From an uncultured Muribaculaceae bacterium (GTDB taxonomy: Bacteria; Bacillota_I; Bacilli_A; RF39; UBA660): a stretch of DNA of 64,000 nucleotides. The position numbers were made by a program, and so were the translations under genes. The stretch lies in contig CAZJKO010000002.1 in NCBI GenBank assembly GCA_964546995.1, forward strand, positions 3,498 to 67,497, in the 5' to 3' direction. The notes beneath the pieces are model-generated. The model was not told where the DNA came from. It made no database searches and saw only the letters and a program-made list of their open reading frames with translations. Shown here in pieces: positions 17,579-28,553 of this stretch. Position 1 is the first letter of the stretch; each line of letters starts with the position of its first letter.

Positions 17579-19342
17579 TCACGAATGAGTCGTTGTATTC
17601 CAATTTTTCACAACATCACAATTGCCACTCTTAGGTTCTGGTGATGGCATTGCTAACTTTACAATTAAAGGAATCTTAAATGCTCGACCAAAAGCAAGAC
17701 AAGTACCAGATTGTAAACTTTTCTGTTTTTCCACAATCTCTTCTGAAATATTAGGAACCATTTTTTTAATGTATTCGACATCCGTTGGATGGTTCATCTT
17801 AAAAATAAGAAAATTAGAACATTGCGAAATAACTGTATCCGAAAGCTCCACTGGTCTTTGAGAAATAAGTCCTAAAATGAGCCCGTACTTACGTCCTTCT
17901 TTTGCTACTCGATCAAAAATATTGTATCCAATTAAATATTGATCCCGATCATTTTGAATGTAACGATGTGCTTCCTCTACCAAAATATGAAATGGAATCG
18001 AAGCTCGATTAGGAAGTGCCTTCGTAAATTCAAAAAGTAATCTCGTATAAATTTTCGTAATAACTTTCGCAAAATCATCATCGACATCATCTAAATTAAT
18101 ATTGACAATCTGATATTTTTTCCCATCGGTAATAAGTAATGAGGTAAGGTACTGTTCCAACGTAATGTACTGTTTTACCTCAAAGTATTTCGCATAACTT
18201 CCTGTAATCAAAGAATGAAGACGAACCTTAATCGTAACAGCATCCCCATACGTATTTTCATTGCGAAGCCATCCCTCACTAATCAACGTAAAATTGAGTG
18301 CTTTTTCTAAATCAGGTAACGTATAAAAAGATTCCCCTTTTGGTTCGTAATTATCGAATTCTGGTTTAATGAACCCAGAAACATATTCGGTCAAAAGAAC
18401 ACTTTCGGTAAATTGACCAGCAGAATCGATTAAAAAACATTCCCGGAATTTTCGAACGTAACCAATTCCCTGTACCGGTGCTTCTAAATTAAATTCCGGT
18501 GTCGAACAACTAGCTAAAATAGAAAAAACATCGTTACGCTTGTTAGGAGACGTCTGATTAGTATATAAAATGGTCATAATTGCCTTAGCAATTAAATGAT
18601 TCTTATAAAGGTTGGAATCACTTCCCGTTTCCGCAAAAATGCGAGCCAACTTAAGCATTCTTTCGATAATGGGAAGTTGGGAATGCTCTGTTGCAGAAAG
18701 AAGAAGGGCCAAATCACTAGAATTAAGTAACCAAATAGGTAGACGTAATGCTTCTCCAATCCCATCTGTCTCATTCGTTGTATAAAATTTATAATGATAA
18801 TTTGGATTCATTTCGCTAATACTTTGAAAAGCATGATAGTATTCCCCAGAAGAATCGAATAACAACAAATTCGATTTATAAGGAAAGAGTCTCTTATCCA
18901 AAAACATATTTTGAATAATTCTGGCAATGCCACAACTCTTCCCGCTACCACTATTACCAAAAATAGCAAAGTGATTACTAAAGAAAGCATTCACATCCAT
19001 ATAAATAGGGTGATCATTGTAAAATGGACTAACACCCAAAAGCATATTACCCGGCTTGTTCTCCCCAACAATAAGAGGAATTTCTTCTTCTTTAATCACC
19101 CGAATAGAAGCATCGAGTGAAGGTTTACGAATGACTCCTCCAAAAAGAACTCCATTGATAAGTTCTCCTAAAAAACGGACCCTTACAATTCCTTCATTCA
19201 AATCGTCCACTTCTCCTAGTATCTTTTTATCAGAATCCTCAAAAATAACATGTAAATTCATAAGATTGATGGTAAGTGGCACATCGGGATTCAACTTTAC
19301 ATGTGCCAAATGATCACTAATATAAACAATTTTATCAAACAT
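17579..19342 (-). CDS. HerA-like ATPase (HAS-barrel + FtsK/HerA-clade P-loop NTPase, DUF87)
   Basis: 587 aa. N-terminal HAS-barrel-like region, Walker A FGNSGSGKS, Walker B HILVEEAH (DEAH-like), arginine-finger region SQRP. ATG is 3 nt from the upstream GNAT stop. Lies 24 nt upstream of ffh. Confidence 0.7.
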   Translation of the reverse strand: MFDKIVYISDHLAHVKLNPDVPLTINLMNLHVIFEDSDKKILGEVDDLNEGIVRVRFLGELINGVLFGGVIRKPSLDASIRVIKEEEIPLIVGENKPGNMLLGVSPFYNDHPIYMDVNAFFSNHFAIFGNSGSGKSCGIARIIQNMFLDKRLFPYKSNLLLFDSSGEYYHAFQSISEMNPNYHYKFYTTNETDGIGEALRLPIWLLNSSDLALLLSATEHSQLPIIERMLKLARIFAETGSDSNLYKNHLIAKAIMTILYTNQTSPNKRNDVFSILASCSTPEFNLEAPVQGIGYVRKFRECFLIDSAGQFTESVLLTEYVSGFIKPEFDNYEPKGESFYTLPDLEKALNFTLISEGWLRNENTYGDAVTIKVRLHSLITGSYAKYFEVKQYITLEQYLTSLLITDGKKYQIVNINLDDVDDDFAKVITKIYTRLLFEFTKALPNRASIPFHILVEEAHRYIQNDRDQYLIGYNIFDRVAKEGRKYGLILGLISQRPVELSDTVISQCSNFLIFKMNHPTDVEYIKKMVPNISEEIVEKQKSLQSGTCLAFGRAFKIPLIVKLAMPSPEPKSGNCDVVKNWNTTTHS

Positions 19343-19345
19343 AAT

Positions 19346-19858
19346 TTATCTCCCCTTTTTACGTTTATTTTCATAATTTAAATTAAACTTTTCAAAACAA
19401 ATTCGCCCAACACCATTTAACCCTTGAACATACTCATCGGTATCGTAAGTAAATCCCGCTGCCATCGCCGTCTTCATACTAGGATAATTTCCTTGATCGA
19501 TATCGAGTAAAACTTTTTCCACAGGATAAGTGGAAAACAAGTAATCGCTAATTTCTTCTAGTAGTTTACTTGCATACCCTTTCTTTCTTTTTGAAGGAAC
19601 AATCAAGTACTCGAGATAAATCGAATCTCTCTTAAGTCCACCAAGATAAAGATAGCCAATCAATTCATCGTGGAAAGAAACCAAATAAGCCCTTTCAAAA
19701 AAAGAATTGTTTTGATAACTCGATCGATGAAGTCGCTCAGGAATCTGTTTGACAAATCCCTCTTCATTTCCAAGTGATAATTTCTCAAGAAAAGAACGAT
19801 GGTTTTGATTTTCTTGATCAAATACGACTAATTCAAAGGAACCTCCAGGATAGACCAT
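19346..19858 (-). CDS. GNAT-family N-acetyltransferase
   Basis: 170 aa. Acetyl-CoA motif A-like ...LEYLIVPSKRKKGYASKLLEEI.... Starts 16 nt downstream of ylxM. Confidence 0.7.
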   Translation of the reverse strand: MVYPGGSFELVVFDQENQNHRSFLEKLSLGNEEGFVKQIPERLHRSSYQNNSFFERAYLVSFHDELIGYLYLGGLKRDSIYLEYLIVPSKRKKGYASKLLEEISDYLFSTYPVEKVLLDIDQGNYPSMKTAMAAGFTYDTDEYVQGLNGVGRICFEKFNLNYENKRKKGR

Positions 19859-19873
19859 AACACTCCTCCTATA

Positions 19874-20173
19874 TCATAAAATATCCTCGATCGCATCTTT
19901 CAAAGCATCGTCTTTCACAAGTGCTAAAACTTGACAACGCTTCTTGTAACACTTTAACTTTTCTTCATAAAACAAAAGCTTTTCAATCGTAAGTTTTAAC
20001 TGATGATGAATCGCATTGCGACTAACGGCATACTTTTCACTTAACTCACCAAAAGAAAGATTCAAAAAATAGTATCCTTCAAAATACTGACGTTGCTTTT
20101 CCGTCAACAATTCTTGGTAGTAGTCATACAAAGTACCATAGTAAATTGTATCTTCCATTACATACCTCCCCAC
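19874..20173 (-). CDS. ylxM: YlxM/UPF0122 family putative DNA-binding protein (SRP operon protein)
   Basis: 99 aa, ...YFEGYYFLNLSFGELSEKYAVSRNAIHHQLK..., a sigma-70 region-4-like HTH typical of YlxM upstream of ffh. Confidence 0.8.
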   Translation of the reverse strand: MGRYVMEDTIYYGTLYDYYQELLTEKQRQYFEGYYFLNLSFGELSEKYAVSRNAIHHQLKLTIEKLLFYEEKLKCYKKRCQVLALVKDDALKDAIEDIL

Positions 20174-20409
20174 AAACGAGAAAGAAGAACCAAAGCAAGA
20201 ATAATCCCAACTCCACCATATAAATAAGTAAAGACTTTTCTTTTATAAACACGATAGTTGTTGTACGCCATCAAAAACATTGTAACCATAAAACTAGCTT
20301 CCACATAAATAAGAACAGTAGAATCAAAGCAAGACCATCCAAATAAAATCAGGGAACTAACCGTTAAAACGAACTGTAACAATAACCAAATATCCCATTT
20401 TTTCTTCAT
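20158..20409 (-). CDS. small two-TM membrane protein (hypothetical)
   Basis: 83 aa, two hydrophobic helices. Overlaps the ftsY stop (4 nt) and ylxM start (16 nt). Could be spurious. Confidence 0.3.
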   Translation of the reverse strand: MKKKWDIWLLLQFVLTVSSLILFGWSCFDSTVLIYVEASFMVTMFLMAYNNYRVYKRKVFTYLYGGVGIILALVLLSRLWGGM

Positions 20410-21413
20410 AACATCATATCCTTAAACAATCCATAAATGTAGGTCTCGATATCGAACGTTTGCAAATCGTCCTTCCCTTCCCCTAAACCAATGTACTTAA
20501 CAGGAATAGAAACTTCCTCTTTAATCGCCAAAACGATACCTCCCTTAGCAGTACCATCTAACTTGGTAAGAACAATTCCCGTAATATTCGTAATTTCTTT
20601 AAAACTCTTCGCTTGACTAATTCCGTTTTGTCCCGTTGTCGCATCGATCACCAAAAGTGTCTCGTGTGGTGCCCCATCGATCAAGGAAGAAATCACTTTA
20701 TTCATCTTTTCTAACTCTTTCATAAGATTAACTTTATTTTGAAGTCTTCCTGCTGTATCGACCAAAACGACATCAAATTCTTCTTTCAGTGCCATTTGAA
20801 GTCCATCAAAAATAACGCTGGAAGGATCGACCCCTTCTTCTTTACCATAGTAAGAAACACCAACGCGTTCACTCCACTTTTGTAACTGACTCGAAGCACC
20901 TGCTCGAAACGTATCTCCTGCGATCAAAAGAACCCGCTTTCCTTCCTCTTTCATCTTGTAAGCAAGTTTCCCAATAGTCGTCGTTTTTCCAACACCATTG
21001 ACCCCCACAAACAAAATCACCGTAGGACCACTCGCAGCATAATTGATCTTATCGACCAACACCCCATCATCGACATAGATAATAAAAAGTTCATCGACAA
21101 TGATCTCTTGAAGGAAAGAAGGATCATCGATCTTTTCACTCTTAACTCGAGCCCTCAATCGTTCCATAAACTTCATTACCGTAGAAACGCCAATGTCAGC
21201 CATAATCAAAATTTCTTCTAATTCTTCAAAGTATTCTTCTGTAATATGGTGATACCGATCTGTAAGATGACTAAGACGTGATACAAAAGACTCTCTCGTC
21301 TTGGTAAGTCCCTTTTCATACACGGCTACTTCTTTTACTTTTTCTTCATCCAACGCATCCTCTTCTTTTTGAAACATCGTCTTAATCTTATGAAATATTC
21401 CCATCATCATCAC
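20406..21413 (-). CDS. ftsY: signal recognition particle receptor FtsY
   Basis: 335 aa. NG-domain motifs GVNGVGKTTT, DTAGR, TKLDGTAKGG. Confidence 0.9.
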   Translation of the reverse strand: MMMMGIFHKIKTMFQKEEDALDEEKVKEVAVYEKGLTKTRESFVSRLSHLTDRYHHITEEYFEELEEILIMADIGVSTVMKFMERLRARVKSEKIDDPSFLQEIIVDELFIIYVDDGVLVDKINYAASGPTVILFVGVNGVGKTTTIGKLAYKMKEEGKRVLLIAGDTFRAGASSQLQKWSERVGVSYYGKEEGVDPSSVIFDGLQMALKEEFDVVLVDTAGRLQNKVNLMKELEKMNKVISSLIDGAPHETLLVIDATTGQNGISQAKSFKEITNITGIVLTKLDGTAKGGIVLAIKEEVSIPVKYIGLGEGKDDLQTFDIETYIYGLFKDMML

Positions 21414-21546
21414 CTAACTAATATTATAACAAAAAAACAAGGAAGAAGAAAAGAAAAACAAAAGAATAGACAAAAGAAAATATTTATAGTATAATTTTAG
21501 AGGTTAGTTCTTGATTATACAAAACGAACTTAAGAAAGGAGTTATC

Positions 21547-23238
21547 ATGAAAGAATCAAAACCAAATGAAACAAAAATCATTGTTTTAGGTGGTTTAGGA
21601 GAAGTCGGAAAAAACATGTATTGTGTAATGCATGACGACGAATTAATTATTATTGATGCGGGTGTTAGTTTTCCAGAGGGAGAACTTTTAGGAATTGATT
21701 ATGTCTTACCAGACTATACTTTTTTAAAACAAAATCAAGATAAAGTTAAAGCGTTAATTATTACGCACGGTCATGAGGATCATATAGGAGGAATTCCCTT
21801 TTTATTACAAACAGTAAATATTCCTGCTATTTATGCACCAAACCAAGCAAAAGAGTTAATTGCCTTAAAATTAGAAGATAGAAACATTCGTTACGATAAT
21901 TTATTTGTATATACCGATGAAACTAAACTAACATTTAAACACATCGAAGTGGAATTTTTCAAAACGACCCACTCGATTCCCGATTCACACGGAATTTCGA
22001 TCAAAACACCGAATGGAAGGGTTGTTACAACAGGAGACTTCAAATTTGACTTAACGCCAATTGGACCGATGGCAGATCTTCATCGAATGGCCGAAATTGG
22101 AAAAAAAGGAGTCACACTACTACTGAGTGATAGTACCAATGCCCTAAATGAAGGTATGAGTATCAGTGAATCCAAAGTAGATGGTGCCCTAGCGGATATT
22201 TTTTCAAAATATAAATATCATCGTATTATTATTGCAACGTTTGCATCGAACATCTATCGTTTAAAACATATCGTAGAAACCTGCAGTAAAAACAATCGTA
22301 AAATTTGTATTTTCGGCCGAAGCATGGAAAATAACATCGATATTTCCATTAAAGGGGGCTACATCGATCATAAAGAACTATTTGTAACCCCAGAAGAAGC
22401 CAACAACTTAAAACCAGGCGAAGTATGTATTTTATGTACCGGAAGCCAAGGGGAACCTTTAGCAGCACTATCTAGAATTGCCGAAGGAACCCACAAACAA
22501 ATCAAATTAAGACCAGATGATATCGTTGTCTTTTCATCAAGTGCCATTCCAGGAAATGCCCTAAGTATTTCGAAAACAATCAATAAACTATACCTAAAAG
22601 GAGTCAAAGTATTTACCAATACTTCTCTTTCCGAACTACATACATCAGGGCACGCCAACCAAGAAGAATTGAAATTGATGATAAGACTATTAATGCCAAA
22701 ATACTTAATGCCATTCCATGGGGATTATAGAATGCTCCAAAGACATGCCCAAGTAGGAATAGAATGTGATATTCCCAAAGAAAATACGTTTGTGTTACAA
22801 AATGGAGATATCTTAACCATGATCGATGAAAAAATCGAAAAAACAGATCACATCCCAGCACCAGACGTCTATGTCGATGGAAATAGAATTGGCGAAATTG
22901 GAGGAGCTGTTTTACGTGATCGTAAAATCATGGCTAGTGATGGTATTCTAGTAGTAATTGCCAATATCGATATGAAAAAAAGAACACTTCTCATCAAACC
23001 GAACATCACCACAAGAGGCTTCATCCTAATCAATGAAAACGAAGACTTAATTCATAAAATCGAAAATATCGCAAGTACCATCATCAAAGAAAAACTAAAA
23101 GAACCAAATGTAACCTTCCAAGAAATTAAAAATCAAATCACCCAAGATTTAATACCAGAAATATACGAATTAACAGGAAGAAGACCGATCATTTTACCGA
23201 TCATTTTAGATATTAAAAAAACAGTAAATGTAAAATAA
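21547..23238 (+). CDS. rnj: ribonuclease J (metallo-beta-lactamase/beta-CASP)
   Basis: HGHEDHIGG motif, beta-CASP region, about 560 aa. ATG at 21547 with RBS AAAGGAG (the ORF track starts 12 codons earlier). Bidirectional terminator AAATCAAGA-tttc-TCTTGATTT at 23247..23270. Confidence 0.9.
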   Translation: MKESKPNETKIIVLGGLGEVGKNMYCVMHDDELIIIDAGVSFPEGELLGIDYVLPDYTFLKQNQDKVKALIITHGHEDHIGGIPFLLQTVNIPAIYAPNQAKELIALKLEDRNIRYDNLFVYTDETKLTFKHIEVEFFKTTHSIPDSHGISIKTPNGRVVTTGDFKFDLTPIGPMADLHRMAEIGKKGVTLLLSDSTNALNEGMSISESKVDGALADIFSKYKYHRIIIATFASNIYRLKHIVETCSKNNRKICIFGRSMENNIDISIKGGYIDHKELFVTPEEANNLKPGEVCILCTGSQGEPLAALSRIAEGTHKQIKLRPDDIVVFSSSAIPGNALSISKTINKLYLKGVKVFTNTSLSELHTSGHANQEELKLMIRLLMPKYLMPFHGDYRMLQRHAQVGIECDIPKENTFVLQNGDILTMIDEKIEKTDHIPAPDVYVDGNRIGEIGGAVLRDRKIMASDGILVVIANIDMKKRTLLIKPNITTRGFILINENEDLIHKIENIASTIIKEKLKEPNVTFQEIKNQITQDLIPEIYELTGRRPIILPIILDIKKTVNVK

Positions 23239-23280
23239 GTTCAAAAAAAATCAAGATTTCTCTTGATTTTTCTTTTATTT

Positions 23281-24180
23281 CTATTTATAACGAGTAAATA
23301 TTTTCATCATACCTGTCTCTTTATCGTAATCGTCGATTTTCTTTTGAATAGGATCAAACGATAAATCGAGAGATTGAACATACTGATTCACAGCTTCAGA
23401 CAAGCGATCTGTATCACAAACCAAATAATCGCGAACCTCATCATAACACGAAGATGTTTCAATCTTTTTAATAATATCGTGGTTCATCGGATCGAGCATC
23501 TCAGGAAAAATGTGATCCATTCCTTTCGCAAAGCGATAGTATTTGTCGATGAAGCGATGCCAAAAATGATCGTTCGATAACGGAAAAGTTGTCCCCGTAG
23601 CCAAATTGTAAGCAAGAGCATCACAACACTTAAAGTAATCTTTCAACTCACTAGCATAAACGAGATAATCGTCGTAGAACTCTTCTTCCATAACCTCTTC
23701 GCTAGAAGTAGGTTCATTTGCTTTATAAATCTGAACATCCATATGATAGAAAGGATGAAATCTAGCATAGATCGATTCGTACCCAAGGGCAATAATCTCA
23801 TGTCCCATCTCGTAACGTCCCTCAATAGGATAATCAGAAATTTCCCAAGTAGAATCCATAAGTTCTTCGAGAATAGACGGATCGTCGATCACAATTCGCT
23901 CAACGTCATCCAAACTCATATCGTGAACAAGACCATAAAGAAGAACATCCTCTTCCTCCACATCACCAAAATATCCATTAGAAAGCTTAAACTCACAGGT
24001 GAAAAAATCGATCGCCATTACGCCCATCATAAAATCGAAATGTTCCGAATTCTTTTGCATTCTATTGAGAATATCGTTAAAAACCTCTGGATCTTTCGCA
24101 TTTTTACGATAATAATTTCGATAACGATTAATGATATGACGGATATGTTGCAAAGATGTTTCAACCTTGTATACCATCAA
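23281..24180 (-). CDS. acidic hypothetical protein (299 aa), no recognised domain
   Basis: Long ORF rich in D/E/Y/F, no TM and no known motifs, between rnj and rny. Confidence 0.5.
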   Translation of the reverse strand: MMVYKVETSLQHIRHIINRYRNYYRKNAKDPEVFNDILNRMQKNSEHFDFMMGVMAIDFFTCEFKLSNGYFGDVEEEDVLLYGLVHDMSLDDVERIVIDDPSILEELMDSTWEISDYPIEGRYEMGHEIIALGYESIYARFHPFYHMDVQIYKANEPTSSEEVMEEEFYDDYLVYASELKDYFKCCDALAYNLATGTTFPLSNDHFWHRFIDKYYRFAKGMDHIFPEMLDPMNHDIIKKIETSSCYDEVRDYLVCDTDRLSEAVNQYVQSLDLSFDPIQKKIDDYDKETGMMKIFTRYK

Positions 24181-24245
24181 AATTCCCCCTCACTAAATGT
24201 GTCATCATTATAACACAAAACAAAGAAAAAAGCAAGAAAAAGAGA

Positions 24246-25796
24246 CTAGCGTGCCTCTTCTTGTGCTCTAGTCTCACGAATGACAGTAACCTTAATCGTT
24301 CCAGGATACTGCATCGTATTTTCAATTTTTTCTTTAATATCTCGAGCAATTTTATAACTCGTCAAATCATCGACTTCTTCAGGTTTCACAATGACCCGTA
24401 ACTCTCGTCCTGCTTGAACAGCAAATGTCTTTTCGACACCTTTCATATCGAGAGCCACTTGCTCTAACTGTTCTAAACGCTTAATGTAGTTTTCTAGTGA
24501 ATCATTACGAGCTCCTGGACGAGAAGCACTAAGAGCATCAGCAACAGCCACAATAACAGAAATAATGCTCGCAGCCTCTGTATCACCATGATGACTGTGA
24601 ATCGCATTGATCACCACATCGCTTTCGTGGAACTTTTTCGCAAGATCGACCCCGATTTCTACGTGACTTCCTTCAACTTCGTGATCGATAGCCTTTCCAA
24701 TATCATGTAACAGTCCTGCCCGCTTAGCAAGATTGACATTTTCGGAAAGCTCCGATGCAAGTAGTCCAGACAAATGCGCAACTTCAAGTGAATGCTGTAA
24801 GGCATTTTGACCATAACTCGTACGGAAATGAAGTTTACCGACAAGTTCAACAAGCTCAGGATCAAATTTCGTAAGACCAAGCTCGAAAAGAGCCTCATTT
24901 CCATATTCGATGATCTTCGCCTTCATCTCCTGGCTAACCTTATCGTATAACTCCTCAATACGAGTTGGATGAATTCGTCCATCTTTAATTAACGTTTCTA
25001 ACGTAATGCGAGCAATTTCACGACGCAACGGATCAAAACTAGACAATACGACCGCTTCTGGTGTATCATCGATAATTAAATCGACACCTGTAATCGCTTC
25101 GATCGTGCGAATATTTCGCCCCTCACGTCCAATAATACGACCTTTCATTTCGTCATTTGGAAGATCGACAACCGTCACCGTTTGATCACTAGCAATATCA
25201 GCTGCATACTTCTGCATTGACGTAACAAGCAAATCCTTTGCTTTCTTATCGACCTCTAACTTTGCTTCATTCTCTTTCTCTTTAATGTAAGAAGCGATCT
25301 CAATACTCATCTCTTCTTCCACTTTACTCATAACCATATTACGAGCTTTTTCCTTAGTAAACCCAGATATTTCCTGCAACAAATCGAGCTGTTGCTGCTT
25401 AAGTTCTTCCACTTTACTCTGTTCTTCTTGGATTTTACTCTGTCTTAAAGATAATTTTTCCTCACGTTCGTCCAAAGCTGTTTCACGTTTCTGATAAAGC
25501 TCATCACGCTTATCCATATTGTTTTCTCTTTGCAACAAACGATCTTCTGATCCCTTTAACTCTGCTTTCTTCTCTTTAATTTGTTTCTCTACTTCTAATT
25601 TTAATTTATGTGCTTCTTCCTTCGCTTCCAATAACGAATCACGTTTCGTTTTATCTGCTTCTTTTTTCGCTTTTTCAAGCATCTCTTCAATCTTTTTAGA
25701 AGTATTACTCTCTTTTAAATAATTCATAAAAAAAGTAATACATACTCCAGTAGCTAATCCAAATACAACAAGTAAAATGGAGATCCATAAATTCAT
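24246..25796 (-). CDS. rny: ribonuclease Y (N-terminal TM, coiled coil, KH and HD domains)
   Basis: 516 aa. N-terminal [21 protein letters not shown] motif [12 protein letters not shown] motif LLHDIGK. Confidence 0.9.
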   Translation of the reverse strand: MNLWISILLVVFGLATGVCITFFMNYLKESNTSKKIEEMLEKAKKEADKTKRDSLLEAKEEAHKLKLEVEKQIKEKKAELKGSEDRLLQRENNMDKRDELYQKRETALDEREEKLSLRQSKIQEEQSKVEELKQQQLDLLQEISGFTKEKARNMVMSKVEEEMSIEIASYIKEKENEAKLEVDKKAKDLLVTSMQKYAADIASDQTVTVVDLPNDEMKGRIIGREGRNIRTIEAITGVDLIIDDTPEAVVLSSFDPLRREIARITLETLIKDGRIHPTRIEELYDKVSQEMKAKIIEYGNEALFELGLTKFDPELVELVGKLHFRTSYGQNALQHSLEVAHLSGLLASELSENVNLAKRAGLLHDIGKAIDHEVEGSHVEIGVDLAKKFHESDVVINAIHSHHGDTEAASIISVIVAVADALSASRPGARNDSLENYIKRLEQLEQVALDMKGVEKTFAVQAGRELRVIVKPEEVDDLTSYKIARDIKEKIENTMQYPGTIKVTVIRETRAQEEAR

Positions 25797-25951
25797 ATTA
25801 CTACCTCCATTCTAGATTTATGTTAATGACTATTAAATCATAATATCCATCTCTAATATAACTTTATCTATAAAACTTGTCAAGATAAGACCAAACAAAA
25901 AGAGGAGAATATCCCCTAAACAATAGCAAAATAATCGATAAAAATTATTTA

Positions 25952-27388
25952 TCAATCACACCGTTTCTCTTCGAAATATGATGCAATCACATCGTAATCA
26001 TTATAAGGAACATTTCCCTCTTTAAGAGCCATGTACCCATCTCTACCTTTTCCTAAAATACAGACAATATCATTTTCTTCCGCCATATCAAAAGCATGAT
26101 AAATTGCTTCCTTACGATCGAGAATACGTTCATAGTGAGTGAAATTAGTCTCACTTACCATATCGTCAATAATCGAATTAACATCTTCGCATCTAGGATC
26201 ATCCATCGTAAAAATAACATGATCCGATAACGATAACGCTTCTTGCCCCATCTTACCACGCTTTTCTTTTTCACGCCCTCCAGCACTACCTAAAACAGTG
26301 ATAATTCTCCCCGTTTTATTCGTAGAAACACAAGTTAAAATTTGATGAATCGCATTAGCTGTATGAGCATAATCTAAAAGGATCGTATAATCTTGCCCAA
26401 AGGAAAGTCTCTCTCCTCTTCCTAAAACAGGATGAAGCAAGGAAACTTTAGATATAACATCGGATAAAGAGTACCCTAAACAACAAAGACAGGCAATCGA
26501 AGCAACCAAATTATAAACATTGTATGTTCCTAAAAAAGGACTCTCTACTTGATAAGTGATTCCTTGATAAACGAGAGAAAGCGTCGTTTTTAAAGCAGTT
26601 TGATTAATAGAGGAAAATTGAAACATAGCATTCTCCCCCATACCATAAGTAACGACCTTGCCCTTAGAATGAGAAAGCATATAAGAATAGTATGGATCAT
26701 CGATATTCAAAACACAATATCCATCTTCTTTCGTTTGTTCAAATAACTTTGCTTTCATCGAAACGTAGTTTTCGATCGTTTTATGAACATTCAAATGATC
26801 CTCTGTAAGATTCGTAAAGACACTAACTGTAAAGGGAACTCTCGCAACACGTCCTGCTAAAATTGCCTCACTCGATACTTCCATACTAAGCATTTTACAT
26901 CCCCGATCGACGAGATGTTTTAAACAAGGATAAAACTCTTCAGGAATAGGTGTAGTATTGTTTGTTTTTTCAAAAAAGTCCCCAAAATAACATCCATTAG
27001 TTCCCAAATATCCAACAGGTAAATAGGAAGACAACAACTGATAAATCATCGTCGACGTCGTCGTCTTTCCATCTGTCCCCGTCACCCCAATCATAGTTAA
27101 AGAAGAAACAGGATCATCATAAAACGCTTCACAACACTGAATCAACGCTTCCTTAGTCGAAGAAACCCGAATAGAAGGAACAGAAGAAGAAACCTCTTTT
27201 TCCACCAAGACAGCACTAGCACCTTTTTGAATGACTTCGTCAATAAACTGATGCCCATCAAACGTCTTACCGGAAATAGCCACAAATAAATCACCTGGAC
27301 CAACTTGCTTCGAATTTGCAGTAATCCCATGAATCATCACATCATATGGACAATCGATAATATCACATAGTTTTTTCATAATACTCAC
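25952..27388 (-). CDS. murE: UDP-N-acetylmuramoyl-tripeptide synthetase MurE
   Basis: 478 aa Mur ligase. P-loop GVTGTDGKTTT, central and C-terminal Mur-ligase domains. Confidence 0.85.
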   Translation of the reverse strand: MSIMKKLCDIIDCPYDVMIHGITANSKQVGPGDLFVAISGKTFDGHQFIDEVIQKGASAVLVEKEVSSSVPSIRVSSTKEALIQCCEAFYDDPVSSLTMIGVTGTDGKTTTSTMIYQLLSSYLPVGYLGTNGCYFGDFFEKTNNTTPIPEEFYPCLKHLVDRGCKMLSMEVSSEAILAGRVARVPFTVSVFTNLTEDHLNVHKTIENYVSMKAKLFEQTKEDGYCVLNIDDPYYSYMLSHSKGKVVTYGMGENAMFQFSSINQTALKTTLSLVYQGITYQVESPFLGTYNVYNLVASIACLCCLGYSLSDVISKVSLLHPVLGRGERLSFGQDYTILLDYAHTANAIHQILTCVSTNKTGRIITVLGSAGGREKEKRGKMGQEALSLSDHVIFTMDDPRCEDVNSIIDDMVSETNFTHYERILDRKEAIYHAFDMAEENDIVCILGKGRDGYMALKEGNVPYNDYDVIASYFEEKRCD

Positions 27389-27464
27389 CCTTACTCAAAT
27401 TATAAAAAAGACCATCAAAAAAAGCAATAGAATCCCTAAACTATTCTATGAAAAAAGAAGAAAA

Positions 27465-28484
27465 TTATTTACTTTCTTCCTTCTTTTTAAGAGAAATACC
27501 GTAGTACTCCCGAACTTGATTTTCAATTTCTTCCCGCAAATCATCGTGATCTTTAAGGAGCAGCTTCACGTTTTCTTTCCCTTGTCCTAACTTTTCTCCT
27601 TTATAAGAATACCATGCTCCACTCTTCTCCATAATACCACAAGTAGAAGCCAAATCGACAATCTCTCCAGTACGACTAATTCCCTCTCCGTACATAATAT
27701 CGACTGTCGCAGTCTTAAATGGTGGTGCTACTTTATTTTTAACCACTTTAACATTCGTACGATTTCCAATAATACTATCTCCTATTTTTAAAGCTTCCCC
27801 ACGACGAATGTCCAAACGAACGGATGCGTAAAATTTAAGTGCTCGTCCACCAGGCGTCGTCTCTGGATTACCAAACATAACTCCGACTTTTTCACGTAAC
27901 TGATTGATAAAAATAGCCGTCGTCTTCGTTTTATTGATCGTACCAGATAATTTACGAAGAGCTTGACTCATAAGCCTTGCTTGAAGCCCCACATGACTAT
28001 CGCCCATTTCCCCATCGATTTCTGCTTGAGGTACCAAGGCTGCTACAGAATCGATAACGACAATATTAACTGCCTCACTACGAACAAGTGCTTCACAAAT
28101 TTCTAACGCTTGTTCTCCTGTATCAGGTTGAGATAACAAAAGTTCATTGATGTTTACCCCTAAGTTTTTAGCATAAACAGGATCGAGCGCATGCTCGGCA
28201 TCAATAAAAGCAGCACGTCCTCCCGCCTTTTGAATTTCGGCAATCGCATGAAGAGCAAACGTCGTTTTACCACTCGATTCAGGACCGTAAATCTCAATAA
28301 TTCGTCCTTTAGGAAATCCTCCTACTCCAAGAGCAATATCCAAACTGAGACTTCCCGAAGAACAAACATCAATTTCCATATGATGGTTATCTCCTAGCCT
28401 CATAATCGAGCCTTTACCAAATTGTTTTTCAATATCACTTAATACTTGTTCTAATGCTTTATCTTTGTCTGTTGTCTTTACCAT
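27465..28484 (-). CDS. recA: recombinase RecA
   Basis: 339 aa. Walker [11 protein letters not shown]1/L2 regions. Highly conserved RecA sequence. Confidence 0.95.
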   Translation of the reverse strand: MVKTTDKDKALEQVLSDIEKQFGKGSIMRLGDNHHMEIDVCSSGSLSLDIALGVGGFPKGRIIEIYGPESSGKTTFALHAIAEIQKAGGRAAFIDAEHALDPVYAKNLGVNINELLLSQPDTGEQALEICEALVRSEAVNIVVIDSVAALVPQAEIDGEMGDSHVGLQARLMSQALRKLSGTINKTKTTAIFINQLREKVGVMFGNPETTPGGRALKFYASVRLDIRRGEALKIGDSIIGNRTNVKVVKNKVAPPFKTATVDIMYGEGISRTGEIVDLASTCGIMEKSGAWYSYKGEKLGQGKENVKLLLKDHDDLREEIENQVREYYGISLKKKEESK

Positions 28485-28553
28485 TTCGTCCTCCTAAAAA
28501 TTACTTACAAATTCATTCTAACCCAACTTATTCAAAAAAGCAAGCATTTTTTG

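Noticed and set aside
23743-24401. Plus-strand ORFs 23743..24213 and 24156..24401 overlapping the 299-aa acidic protein gene and the rny 3' end
   Set aside because: Antisense or overlapping frames of longer, better-supported ORFs. Products are low-complexity (I/N/K-rich).
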